A stretch of 63,346 nt of DNA, counting the filler, from Chiloscyllium plagiosum (taxonomy: Eukaryota), in NCBI RefSeq assembly GCF_004010195.1. It is 4 parts of one record of this genome, joined end to end, with 100 filler letters (N's around TTAATTAATTAA, not from the genome) between each part and the next. Parts side by side here need not be neighbours in the genome. Positions count along the whole stretch, not along the records: positions 1 to 19,095 come from NC_057715.1; 3 more parts are not named here. One strand, written 5' to 3'. The stretch's first letter is position 1. Each line of letters starts with the position of its first letter. Made by a program: the position numbers and the translations under genes. Of this stretch, positions 1 to 12,574 are shown piece by piece. Under the pieces are notes generated by a model that did not search any database, was not told the DNA's origin, and was given only the letters and a program-made list of their open reading frames with translations.

Positions 1-408
1 AAGATCGTATGAGGAAAGGTTGAGGCACTTGGGGTTGTTTTCATTGGAGTAAAGAAGGTTTAGGGGTGACTTGATGATTAGGGGTTTAGATAGGGTTGAC
101 AGTGAGAATCTTTTTCCACGTATGGAGTCAGCTATTACGAGGGGGCATAGCTTTAAATTAAGGGGTGGTCGGTATAGGACAGATGTTAGGGGTAGGTTCT
201 TTACTCAGTGAGTCGTGAGTTCATGGAATGCCCTGTCAGTAGCAGTGGTGGACTCTCCCTCTTTATGGGCATTTAAGCGGGCATTGGGTAGGCATATGGA
301 GGATAGTGGGCTAATGTAGGTTAGGTGGGCTTGGATCGGCGCAACATCGAGGGCCGAAGGGCCTGTACTGCGCTGTATTCTTCTATGTTCTATGTTCTAT
401 GTTCTATG
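1..408 (+). mobile_element. CR1-clade LINE 3' end (RT C-terminus + 3' UTR), cut by window edge
   Basis: SYEERLRHLGLFSLE..RGD..TRGHSFKLRGGRYRTDVRGRFFTQ-type coding; ends in (TTCTATG)n tail; same family as 59524-60510. Confidence 0.9.
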
Positions 409-1107
409 CTGGACAGTAATGAGCTAGACACATGATGTTGCCAACCACTAATAATGCCATTCTTCTGCTTTAAGTTCGCTTCAGGCATCCTTGGTGCAAA
501 TTCTTAACCTCTGCCTCTGGCTTTCAGTTGATACACAGCAAACTGAGGTGATGTTTCTTGGTCATTGTCAGGTAGGTGTAGCAAGGTCTCCTAATGTGGT
601 CTGGTACCTGGTGATCTCTCTGGCATGCTTTGTTTCATTCAACTCTTCAACCATATATTTGTGCCCTTGAGAAATGAATATGGTCAAAAATACATGGGAA
701 CAAACATTTCAGAGATACATAGAAAATATCCCAAATAACTTTTAAAATAATTTAAATGAGATGCTAACATTAGAACAAAACATCGACCATTTAAATGGCA
801 GCTTTTCTCATAGAATGAATTAAACTGGACTGCAGCAGGAAAGAACAAAAACCAACACAATAAACTGCATTTGTTGTTAATGAAGTTGCATTTGCATCAT
901 ATTAGAAGCTGTACTTAGTGAAGTTTAAATCAGGAAGTGCTAGATTTTTCATCTTTCTATCCTAGCTTACAACTTTACCAGAAGATATGTCAATTAAAAA
1001 TGTGAACATGTATTTCCTGATCCTGAATGATTTCTCTTTTGAATTGTTGAAATCAAAATTAAAGTTGTAACTTTTGATCCAAATAAGAAAATGCTTCTTT
1101 TTATTTA

Positions 1108-1302
1108 GTCATAGAGTCATTGAGATGTACAGCACTGAAACAACTTGTCCATGCCAACTAGTTATCCTAACCTAATCTAGTCGCACTTGCCAGCACCCGA
1201 CCCATATCCCTCCAAACCCTTTCTATTCATATACTCATCCAGATGCCTTTTAAATGTTGCAATTGTATTAGCCTTCACCACTTGCTCTGGCAGGTCATTC
1301 CA
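1108..1302 (-). mobile_element. CR1 (HER1-like) 3' end fragment
   Basis: Reverse complement of WNDLPEQVVKANTIATFKRHLDEYMNRKGLEGYG plus 3' UTR, with ATAGAGTC tail. Confidence 0.85.
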
Positions 1303-2495
1303 TAGACATATACTTAAAACTATTCACTTATCTGTTTCTGTGCTGTTACCTCTCCCAAACAGATTCCTCCAAGATCAGTTGTGAATTTCACTGTTTGTTA
1401 ATTTTCCTAGATGTGCTCCGATGTTGAGCGATACATGCATTGAACAGCAAAAGCCTGTAATTGTGCAGGTCCACTGCTTTGTCAGTTAGCAGGGTAGGTT
1501 TCTTTCTCTCTGTCTCTTTCTCCTGCACTGACCAGACCATGTACTGCCTTTGTCTGTCCCTCCCTTCTAAAAGTGCTGTTGTTTTGAATTTTCTTTCTTC
1601 TCCAAAGTTCCAAAACCATGCCACAGCATATAAAACAGTAATTGCTGCTCCTGGAATTTGAGGAAATCACCCCCAACATCACAAATATTTCAAAAAAGGA
1701 GCAGCCTCTTACAGCAGAAATTTTTCCTGTCCTCCATCTTGAATTCCTTTTTGAATTAATTACCTCAATTATAGCACCCCTCAACCTTCTAATCTCAATA
1801 AAATTCAACATTTTATGCTGGTTAATGAAACCTCCTCTAATTTAATCTGTTTGTCACTGATATAATTCTAGTGCCTCAAGAGTTAGTTAGTTTTGATAAT
1901 ACTGTAAGAACATTTGCAGCTTATTTTGCATCAAGTACCATTTGTATAATAGAGAAAACAAGACTTAACATAAGAATATGGCTTCCTGGAGAATCTGTTG
2001 ATAACTTTATTAATTACCATTACACATTGTCAAAATTTTTGAGTTATTGTGATTTACATCAAAATTGAAGTGAGACTGAAGTATTATCAGATTTACAGAT
2101 GTATGGCTTTAGCTATGTTATTATTAAAATATGATCCCATGTTGGAAAGAGATATCCAGATAGTGATGGAAGCTGAAAGCTGAAAACATCAGAAAGAATG
2201 TTGGTGGGAACAGAAAACCAACCTCATGCAAAGAACTAATTAGACTTCTTAACTTTCTAAGATCCAAAAAGAAGTTGTATCTTGCATGATTGACTGACAT
2301 GATATGTATTTATTTCTGTGATACTAGAAGTTGCTATTTCAGATGCAGAGCTAAAAGATTAATATCCTTCTTGAAAATACTAACATAACGTTTCTAAGAA
2401 AGTGGGGCATTTCCAGAGAATGTGTAGAAATCAAACACAACCATTGAACCACAAAACTAGTAATGCTTAGGCGTACAAAGAAGTTAACATCTTAC

Positions 2496-2803
2496 ATTCC
2501 CTGGGGTTGGTGGGTCCAGAACAAGAGGGCATAGGTTTCAGGTGAGAGGGGAAAGATATTAAAAAGAGACTTACGGGGCAACTTTTTCACACAGAGGGTG
2601 GTACGTGTATGGAATGAGCTGCCAGAGGAAGTGGCGGAGGTTGGTACAATTGCAACATTTAAGAGGCATTTGGATGGGTATATGAATAGGAAGGATTTGG
2701 AGGGATATGGGCTGGATACTGGCAGGTGGGACTAGATTGGGTTGGCATGGACGGGTTGGACCGAAGGGTCTGTTTCCATGCTGTACATCTCTATGACTCT
2801 ATC
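2496..2803 (+). mobile_element. CR1 (HER1-like) 3' end fragment
   Basis: SRTRGHRF..GNFFTQRVVRVWNELPEEV..FKRHLDGYMNRK; ends CTCTATGACTCTAT. Confidence 0.9.
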
Positions 2804-3985
2804 TTTGGAAGAAAATCAACATTCATTTGAACACATGATATGCCACCTTTGGAAGATGCAAATCAACCTTTCTTAGGGGTAATAGTTGATTAATCTAAAC
2901 CAAACATGGCATAGATCATGCAGGTTGATGGTCAACCAACTCTTTGCATATTTTACATTGAGTTAGTGTTACTGTTTTAGCACGAACAATTCCTCAGTTG
3001 AAGAGAACAAAACTACAAATGACTGGTAGAAAACTGCATAGTACAGGCAAAACAACACAGAAATTCAAAGGAATGCTGACTGTACTTTGTAATACAGAAG
3101 CCAATACAGTGTAGATGCATGTACATACTCAGAAATCAACACAATTTCACATTTTTGAGCAGAAATGTATGCTTTGAATTTAAAACTCTACAGCTTAAAG
3201 GACCACAATCAGCTCAAAAGCTAAACACCAGCAAACAACTCAATAAGGGGAGGACTTGATTGGTGTCAGAAGAATATTAATTGAACAGAGAAAATATACC
3301 ACTTGATATGAATGCCATTAGTGTCAGACAATTTGTCATGACTGAAAGATCTGAAGATCCTACAGACTTCACAGATTTGTAAGAATTAATTAATTCTCTT
3401 CCAGCCACCAAGGAATGTTCAGAATCTGACTTTGGATATCTTCGGCATTACAACTACTAGGGGTTAGTTGTAGGCTCTTGATGAAATCAATTCAGCTGTC
3501 GAGAAGAATTGGAACCAAAACAGCACAGGAATGTTTACTATCTGTGATTGAACCTGATAAATGATGCTGTTATCCATAAGAATACTGATGAGAATGGAAA
3601 GATCGTATGCCTGTCTACCCTGCTTTCAATATCAAAAGGAGAAGATTAACTTTTTCAGAAACATAACCACATTCTCTGACATGACTTGAGGAAACTAAAG
3701 ACCTTTTAGACTAATGGAAATGAAGGTTCAAAGCAGTGTCAATGCCTAAAGATATCCTCAGCAAAGAACATCCAGAAAATCAAAGTGTCACCAATGGTGA
3801 AGTGTGTCACAAGATAGTACTCAATATTTTGTCCTCGAGCTGCAGCTTTTCGACTCAACCAAGTCATCAGTCGGACACTTCTTTTCTGAGGTGGGGTGGG
3901 CACATAGACGTCTGTATTTTAAGAGTACCATCAGAATTTCTTAGAACTTCAGTGCTAGTTTGCCTATACTATGCATTTTCTGTCG

Positions 3986-4281
3986 GACATAGAATCTCTA
4001 CACTGCAGAAAGAGGCCATTCAATCCAGCACGTCCACACGGACCGTCCAAAGAACATCCCATCCAGTTTAACCCTCCTATCCTATTCCTGTAACTCTACA
4101 TTCGCCATGGCCAATTCACCTTGCCTACCCATCTTTCAACTGTGGGAGGAAACCAGAGCACCCGGGGGAAACCCACGTAGACATGGGGAAAACATGCAAA
4201 CTCCACACAAACAAACACCTGAGGCTGGAATTGAATCCATGTCCCTGGTCCTGTGAAACAGCAGTGTTAACCACTGAACCA
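3986..4281 (-). mobile_element. tRNA-derived V-SINE (HE1-like)
   Basis: Reverse complement of tRNA-like head (CAGTGGTTAACACTGCTG) and V-domain (TGTGTGGAGTTTGCATGTT..TGGGTTTCC..CTCCCACAG). Confidence 0.85.
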
Positions 4282-4496
4282 GAATAGTGTCCATCTGTAA
4301 TGGTGTTCTCTTAAACCAAGGAATTTTCTGAGCTAATACAGGTGTCAAGTATGTCATGATACAGTGATAAACCTACTTTATTTATTTGCAACAATTGTAT
4401 GAAATAAGTTGATAACTAGGAAAACCTTGGGTGTTAGAGTCAGGGGGGGTGCGGGGAGTGAAGGGAGGGGAAATGTTGTGTAATACCTGAAAGTAG

Positions 4497-4843
4497 CAGA
4501 TAATCCCTACAGTGTAGAAACAGACCCTTTGGCCAACAAGTCCTCATCGACCGTCCAAAGAGTAACCAACCCAGACACATTCCCATAACCTATTACTCTA
4601 CATTTGCCCCTGGCTAATGCATCTAACCTACACACCACTGAACACTATGGACAATTTAGCATGGCCAATTCATCTAACTTGTGCATCTTTGGACTGTGGG
4701 ATGAAACCGAAGCACCTGGAGGAAACCCATGCAGACATGGGGAAAATACGCAAACTCCACACAGACAGTCACCTGAGGCTGGCATCAAACCTAGGTCTCT
4801 GGTACCGTGAGGCAGCAGTGCTAACCACTGAGCCACCATGCCA
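4497..4843 (-). mobile_element. V-SINE (HE1-like), near full length
   Basis: rc GGCATGGTGGCTCAGTGGTTAGCACTGCTGCCTCAC head, V-domain, and CR1-like tail TGTTTCTACACTGTAGGGATT. Confidence 0.9.
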
Positions 4844-6214
4844 TCTTGGAATGAGCTCTGTCCAAGAAGATAAAAAAGAACTGTTCCTAAAAAAAGACAA
4901 CCAGTTCTCCTTCTGGTTCTGTGTTGATAGCAATGCAGTGAGAATGTTTCAGTATTAGCAATGGGAACTTATCTTAAATTGAGTTTGAGATCTCATAAGT
5001 GATACCCATGTACCTGACATATGGACTGAGTTTAATGGAAGCAGAATCATCATATTTAGAAGTTATATTTCAGGGATATTTTTTGTCAGTTCTGTGAACG
5101 TTTTACAAATGTACATAAAGTTATTTTGGAGTAGTGACTTAAACATGTCATGTGAAGGAAGTATGTGGCTACAATCAAGAGCCTGGAAGAACTCGTGAAA
5201 TGTTAAAGGATAAGAAGCTTTAGTGGTGAATCTATGACAGGCAAACCAAACAGTCCTTCAGAGCAGAAGAATCAATTTTTTTCTGTGTATTTCAGAAGAA
5301 ACAGAGTGTAGTTCAGTTCCAGGGAACCAGTCACCTCAGCAGAATTGTCTTCTAGTCTGTGAAATTTCCAAGCTGGGATGGCTTGGATAGAAAGTTTTCA
5401 AGCTAATAGAACTGAGAAATTTTATGCCCTCAGAAATGTAAACACTTCGAGCTCGTTGAGTTGGAAAAGACTTTTTTTTCCCCCTCCTGTGTGTAATGGA
5501 ATCGCAGGAAAGAAATGGAACCTGAAGAATTGAGATCGAATGATAATTTATATGGACTTGAGTCTCTTTAACTGATAGTGTTGGGAAACATGTTGAAAAT
5601 ACTGTATATTTTGCTGTTTGTGTTAAAATCTTTCCAAACTGTCTTCGGTATTTATATCACATAACTGTTTTGTTTTCAATTTTTAAGTAATAAGCTTATG
5701 TTTTGGTGTTTAATGTGATGTGGTGTGGCTACATATATTGATGATCTGCCAATATCATATTGCGATAATTATGTAAGGAGAAGACATGTATCACATAGTC
5801 TCTCTTTGCTGATAGCAAGTCATATTTTAAAAGATGTCATCTCAGGATTATTAATGGATTGATCTGCAAAGCAAAGCTTCATTTGTTGCTTAAATAATTG
5901 TAGTCCATTGAAAATGTCAAATGCTGTGCAGTTCAGTCAAAGGCTTGCCTTCCATTGCTTGACATCTTTTTTTTAGTTTATTTAAGTAGAATACTTGGCT
6001 TGTTTGTTCAGTGCACTTCAGTGAGAATTTTTCAATGAACAGTTTGCCTACCATTGTGCTGTAACCATGGCATAAGGTGAGGCCATGCCATAGGGTGAGA
6101 TGATAAACTGATGATTTTTAACTGTCATGCTGTGTCACTTAATTTAGCTCCAGCAATATAGGGATAGGGCTTGGATCTCATATTACTGAAGAATGCAGTG
6201 AACTTTTATTACAG

Positions 6215-6350
6215 CATCTTCATCAGGAATAGAGACTTTGCCTGAAACGTCGATTTTCCTGCTCCTCGGATGCTGCCTGAACTGCTGTGCTTTTCCAGCA
6301 CCACTCTAATCCAGAATGTGGTTTCCAGCATCTGCAGTCATTGTTTTTAC
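6215..6350 (+). mobile_element. Short PLE 3'-end derivative with degenerate hammerhead
   Basis: GCCTGAAACGTCGATTTTCCTGCTCCTCGGATGCTGCCTG..TTTCCAGCATCTGCAG, as in 19196-19388. Confidence 0.75.
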
Positions 6351-6588
6351 CACTCTGAAGAGCATCCCAGCTCTCTCACCTTATCCCTGTAATCCCTCAT
6401 TAAGGCTAATCTATCTTATCTGCACATCTTTGGACTGTGGGAGGAAACCAGAAAACCCAGCAGAAACACATGCAGACACAGGGAGAATGTGCAAACTCCA
6501 CATAGACAGTCCCCCAAGGATGGAATTGAACTCGGGTCCATGGCACTGTGAGGTAGCAGGGCTGACCACTGAACCACCATGCCGCCCT
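6351..6588 (-). mobile_element. V-SINE (HE1-like)
   Basis: rc head GGGCGGCATGGTGGTTCAGTGG and V-domain. Confidence 0.85.
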
Positions 6589-8439
6589 TAAAGTAGCAAA
6601 GTATACCACTTCAGTGTTAAAGAACATCTGTGCCCTTGTGAGAACTTATTTTAATAATTAACTATTATATTAACTGACTAAAAACAAAAATTAACTTATG
6701 ATCCAGCAAGCCAGATTTCATTCTGGAGGATACGAGTTGTCCAATAGCAATATCGTCTGGGACCATAACACTAACTGTGAAATAATACGTAATTAGCATA
6801 TTCTGTTTGTCAAGATCAAGACTACCTTTTACCTAGTATGCCACATGGGCAACCTGCCCCACTTGCCAGCAGTAATATTAACTAAAACCAGCTGGAAGAA
6901 TTGGTGGCAATTACACTTCCTAAAGTTTCTCAGCCCCCACCATTATAATATCCAATTTTAATTAGCCACATAAGTACCCCCTCCTTCTATCGCCCAAATC
7001 CATAATATTTGACACACAGTAGAGTAGGAGGCTGCCAATGTCAAAGTTGGCACAGTAAAAACATATGAGGCTTGTGGCTGCTGGGCACAATGCAGGAGAT
7101 GCTTGCCTTTTGTACAAATAGGGCCCATCAGGTGCCCCACGAACCCACATTCTGATTCCCTCTCCCTGACCTTGTGATCCCAATGCTCCACTATTTTCAC
7201 TAAGTTTTGGGCTGGTGGTAATGGTGGAGGTGGTTGGGGTTTGGGGGAAAGAGGTAGCATTGGCGCTAATGAGACTCAGAGCTTACTGCCATGCAGATTG
7301 CGTGGGTCTTTTTGCCCCAGGAATTACTACCTGACCAGGGAGCATAGACGATACAGCCCTAGTTGTCAGAATCTTTTTCCTGCATGGATTTAGCAATAAT
7401 CAAAGCTCAGAGGCAGCAGAGGATAAAGATGTGCCTGCTGTGTTGATGATGCATGTATGGCACACAGACATTGACAAAAATAGTGTGCATGAAAAAAAAA
7501 ACAATATCGCTTTAACTTTTTGTTCGCCTTTAATAAGCACCATCCTTGATTCATCTTAATTCCGTGACTGTCAAAAATCTTCCAGGGTTTCAGGAAGCAA
7601 ATTTGATCCCCAGTTTTGTCAGTCCTTGGAAGGGAGAAGAAATCCATTTTATTTTGTTTCATAAATAAATCTGAATTCTTCAAATAAATTGTAGCACTTT
7701 CAATTTGAAGGAAACGATACTGTGAAAGGAAAAGTGGCATATTTAATTTATTTCAGTGGTGATCAATTCAAGATACTTTTCATCCATGACCTCCTGATTT
7801 GTGAGTCACTGGATATATCCACTGCTGCACATCTTCGATTTGCTGACTTTTATCACACTAAGTAATACTAAGCGTTTAATTGAGGATCAGTTTGTTTACC
7901 TGCCCTTAGGCTATATTCACTGAACTTATCAATTATTCAAAGGTATTCACAAATATCTTTTATGGAACAGGCTGAAAGACAATGCTGCTCATAAGTTCCA
8001 ACACTTCCTGTCTGATTTTATTCGACGACGATGACTCTTAACCATTTCTTGTTCAAGAGTTCAGAGCTAGCAGTGTCATTGTCATCAAAAGTGTAAATCG
8101 GTTGTTTTGGGTGAAAAATGCAAAATACGTCTCCCAAGATTTTGCATGAATTCTAAATATATCACAAATTTTCTTTCCAATTGTAATTGAAGCTCAGCTA
8201 CGTGAAAAAGTTCAAATGAAAACTTAAGATTGCATGGAACAGAGAATGTCGCTGAAATAGTGGTGTTAGACTGCCCCCTATGGGACATAAACTTGTTCTT
8301 TGCTGGATCAATTCAGAATTTCTGGCACTTGTGCACAGACATGGTTTCCCACTCTCACTTGCAGACAGGCAGATGTGCATACTTTTCACAACACACATCA
8401 CGTAACAATGTAACAGCACATTCCAGATAGAAAAGGAAG

Positions 8440-8575
8440 GTTTACGTTTCCTCTGTGCCCTTTCAAAAACCACAATACTTCGAAGAATTTTGTGGCCAAT
8501 AAAGTACTTTTTGAAATGCTGTCACTGTTTTGATGCAGAAAAATGATTCAACCAATTTGAACATAGCAATGCTTA
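8440..8575 (-). mobile_element. Deu-domain SINE relic (SacSINE1/AmnSINE1 superfamily)
   Basis: GCCAATAAAGTACTTTTTGAAATGCTGTCACTGTTTTGATGCAGAAAA..ACCAATTTG resembles the recalled reverse-complemented Deu domain. Confidence 0.6.
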
Positions 8576-8734
8576 ATAACAAACTTATAATCTTTTATAT
8601 TAAAAAAAGCATGAAGAGTTATACTGGCAAGGCCAACCCCTAATTGTCCTTGAGAAGGTGGTGGTGAGATATCTTCTTAAACACTACCATCCATGAGGTG
8701 TAGATATAACCATCGTGCTGTTATAGACCGAATG

Positions 8735-9150
8735 CTGGATTTAAGATTCTAATACTCTAATCCCTTTGCAACAAAAGCTAACATACCATTTGCCTTTCCC
8801 TAGCTTGCTGAACCAGCAAGCTAGCTTTCTATGATATATTGTGAAGATCACCCAGACTGCAACATTTCCCAATCTCTCACTATTCAAAAAATACTAATTT
8901 TTTTTCAGTTTTTCCTATTAAAGTAGATCAATTCACCACATTATATCTCATCCATATGCTATTGCTCACTCATCAAACTGTTCCCCAGCACTCTTTAACC
9001 TCTTTAAAAATCCTCCTTATCATTGATTTCCACTAAACTTTGCATCATCACAAAACTTGGTTTAATCACTCCTCCAAACCATTAATAAAGATTGTAAACA
9101 ACTGAGGTTCAAGTACTGATCCTTTTAGAACCCTTCTGGTAACAGCCTGT
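8735..9150 (-). mobile_element. Old, degraded CR1 RT fragment
   Basis: rc of VTRRVLKGSVLEPQLFTIFINGL..KFCDDAKF, a decayed RT motif B/C region. Confidence 0.6.
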
Positions 9151-9334
9151 CAACCCACTGTTAAGTTCCAGTATATTATGATCTTTCAATTAATACTTGA
9201 AAAATTGGAAACAACTAGCTAAAATTGTTAATGCTTTAAATCATGTGGTCTTTAGCTTTCTAAGTTCTAGACAGTTCTGAGTTGCAAGAAATGCCTTATG
9301 ACATATGGAGATTTGCAGCCATCCAAGGAATTCA

Positions 9335-10280
9335 TGAGGCTGGAAGAACACAGCAAGCCAGGCAGCATCAGGAAGTGGAGAAGTCAACATTTCGGGTGCA
9401 ACTCTTCTTCAGGACTGGAGATGAGGTGAACTGCAGATAACGGGGGAGTTTACATGTGGTCTCACCGATGTAGAGAAAACCACATCAGAACACCAAATAC
9501 AGTAAACTAGGTTACTGGAGGGGCAAGTGAACCAGTGTCTCCCCTGGAAGGACTGTTTGGGACTATGGATAGAGGTGAAGGGTGGGGAGTGGGGTGTCAT
9601 GTGCTGGCAGGATTTGCATCATTTATGGTTGCAGGGAAAGGTACTTAGGGTTCGGGTGGTGTTGGTGGGGAATGTGACGCAAACCAAGGAGTGTGTAAGA
9701 CAAAACGTTTCACCAAGCATCTCAGCCAGGCCTACAAGGGCTGACCTGACCTCCCAGTCACCGCCCATTTCAATTCCCTTTCCCACTCCCTCTCCAACAT
9801 GCCCACTCTCAACCTCCTCCATTGCCACAATGAATCAAACCACAAATTGGAGAACAATATCTCATCTTCTGCCTGGGTAACCTACAGCCCGGAGGACTCA
9901 ACATTGAGTTCTCCAATTTCAAATAACCTCCCTTCCCATCATCTGAGTCCCTTTCTGGACTTTCCCCATCCTTTCCATTCTACTTGGCAACCCTTCCTTC
10001 CAGCCACCAACTGGGTTCATTCCTCCCAACAATCAGCCAGGTCAGACCTTCTACCTGTGTTCACCTATCATTACCACACCACTCTGCCCCTCTCCCTATC
10101 CAAAACCCTCCCCCATCTCCCTTTTATTTGCAGCTCTCCTCACCCCCAACCCCATTCCTGAAGAAGGATTATACCCAAAACATTAACTTCTTCACCTCCT
10201 GTTGCTGCCTGGCTTGCTGTGTCCTTCCAGCCACCTGCTTGTCTACTTAGGATTCCAGCATCTGCAGATGTTTTATCTCT
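9335..10280. mobile_element. Neptune-type PLE, rearranged fold-back insertion (GIY-YIG fragments + inverted 3' ends)
   Basis: Minus 9445-9700: FPCNHK*CKSC..FTCPSSNLVYCIWCS..LYIGET. Plus from 9705: RFTKHL..DLPVTAHFNS..LQPGGLNIEFSNFK*. Inverted termini; TSD ATCCAAGGA(A/T)TTCA at 9321-9334 and 10281-10294. Confidence 0.85.
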
Positions 10281-10899
10281 ATCCAAGGATTTCAGACAAC
10301 CTTTTTGGTGTCTTCATGCATGAACCACAAAAGGTGTAGGAATAAATAATTAATATAGTAATTATATCATTCCAGACAATTTGCCTTTCTATTTCACAAT
10401 GGACAAAAGAAACATTGAAATTTATTGTGTTTTGGTCAAAAATAAATTGGTCCACATCAATCTTCCATTGTATTATGATGGTCCCTATCCAAACTAGACT
10501 GGTTAAATTTCAAAAACACAAGATATGTATCCAACACATACCACCACTACTTGGCTAGAGAATTTTAAGCTTGCATAAGTCACATGTTGAGAAAGCTATT
10601 TTGTTGTATGATTGAAAATTCATCATCAACCTTCAAGCAGACAGTGTTCTATCAGAAAGTCATTGAACCAGCTGGAAGTCAATCAAGCAGCCAAAGTAAA
10701 AAAAAAGTAACATTTTTCTGCCACCACAGGAGGATTGGAAGATATGGCCAGTACATCTATTGTTTACACTCTTACATCCCCATGAGTTCCTGGATGCATC
10801 TTGTCTCATACTAGTGATTTACCAGTGGAATGTGCGGCAAGTCCTTTTCATGAAAATTTCTTTATGAAATTTCAGCTGGCCCAGAATCTGAGTGATGTG

Positions 10900-11610
10900 T
10901 TCATTCAATATTACTTGGGCTGCATCTTTGTACTTGTAAAGAAAGGTGCAAAATACCTTGGCTGTGTCCTCTAACTCCATCTATAGATACTCTTTTCAGT
11001 GCCTTTATTGTCCTTCTCTTCTACTTATCACTCTTGCACTATCTATAAGCTCACAGAAGACTCTTCAATTCACTTTATATCAACTGCTCTGTGTTTGCCT
11101 CTCTAATTTCTTGTTTTTTTTGCCACTTTGAACTCTCTATACCTAATCTGGTTCTCATTCTCATTATCAGCCTGACATCTATCATTCCCAAATTTATTCT
11201 GCTTTATATTATCCTTTTCCATCATCATCCAGGGAACTCTGGCTTTTATTGTCCTACCTTTTCTATTGTGATATTTACCTTGATTATGTCTGAGTTATCA
11301 TCTCTTTAAATAAGCCAATTATCCGATATAGGTTTACTTCACAATCTGGGATTCTAACTTATTTGGGACAGACTTGTTCTCACCCTACTAAAACTGACCC
11401 TCACACAACTTGATATTTTTATTTCCAATTGCTTCTTGTTCTTTTCCATAGCAAACTTATTTTATGATCACTACTCCCTAAAGGTTTCCTGACTGACTCT
11501 TGAACAACATTATACCTTAGTAAGGTCCAAAATATTTCTTTCCTCATTGGGATGGAAACATACTGATCAAGAAAATAATTTTAATTACTGCTAACTTTAA
11601 AAACAATAAT
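10900..11610 (-). mobile_element. Old, degraded CR1 ORF2 fragment (EN-RT linker)
   Basis: rc resembles FLDQYVSIPMRKEIFWTL..GSS*DH, similar to younger CR1 copies in the window. Confidence 0.55.
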
Positions 11611-11733
11611 CAATTGATGTAATGCTATTTCTTCTTCTCTTGTTAGTCATTGTTGGACTTCTACTGGAATTTTTGCATGAATTCTTCAAATTCTGGTGAT
11701 TGATGGTCTACCAAAACTTTTCAGCATAGGTTC

Positions 11734-12340
11734 TGTGATGATGCTGCTCCTTTAACAAGGTTATGATGTCCTTGGCTTTTTTTTTAAGAGAGAGGTTGTA
11801 AAAGACACAGACTCTGAAAAGTCTCCATTTGAATGGTTTTAGGCTCAATTTGATTATAGCTCACAGATACTGCTTCAGGCAAAAGGCTTTCAAGTAAAAA
11901 TAAAAGCATATGTACAATGAAAGGTTCATTGTACCTCCCAGATAGGTTCTCTCTAGTCTGGCTTTATACTGTAGGCAGTCAGGCAGTTTGGAAGCTGCTG
12001 AACCTAAGAATCAGATCCATGTTGGTCCTCTCTCTCTGACTTCTCTCCTGTAAGACCTTGTGTTTGATTTTAACTTTTGTACCAAAGGTGTTTATGAGGA
12101 TTGTTGCAAGTATTTGGAACAGTATCATTAAGTTGGAATGAACTGTTGGGTTTTCGGATAGGTCAAGCTATTCAGCATTCTGTTCTCTTTTGTATGTGTT
12201 TCATTCAGTAATCTTGTTAATAAACTCTGCCTTGTTTAAAACTAGAATATCCGTGTTACACCTGCTTAAAACAACTTGCAAAGTTAGGTCGGGACTACTT
12301 TCTTGAAATATTTTGAGGGGGTCTGGCCTGGTCCATAACA
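11734..12340 (+). mobile_element. Solo LTR, ~607 bp
   Basis: Starts TGTGATG, ends CATAACA (imperfect terminal inverted repeat, TG..CA); flanks GTTC/ATTC (4-bp TSD, one mismatch); AATAAA near 12219. Confidence 0.65.
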
Positions 12341-12574
12341 ATTCCTATTTTATCTTAGCCAGCTCACCACTCTAATTATACAATATCTTTGTTGTCGGGG
12401 TTTGAGTTTCAATTTTGAGACTGAACAAAATGATTTTTAAATTCAATCATTAATTTTATCTGTTGATCACATCCTTAAAAAACACTGCATCATAAGGTTA
12501 TTAAATCACTCTTTTACATTGCAGAATGCTAGATTCAAAATACCCTGATACCTGACTGATTCTTTGGCTTATGT

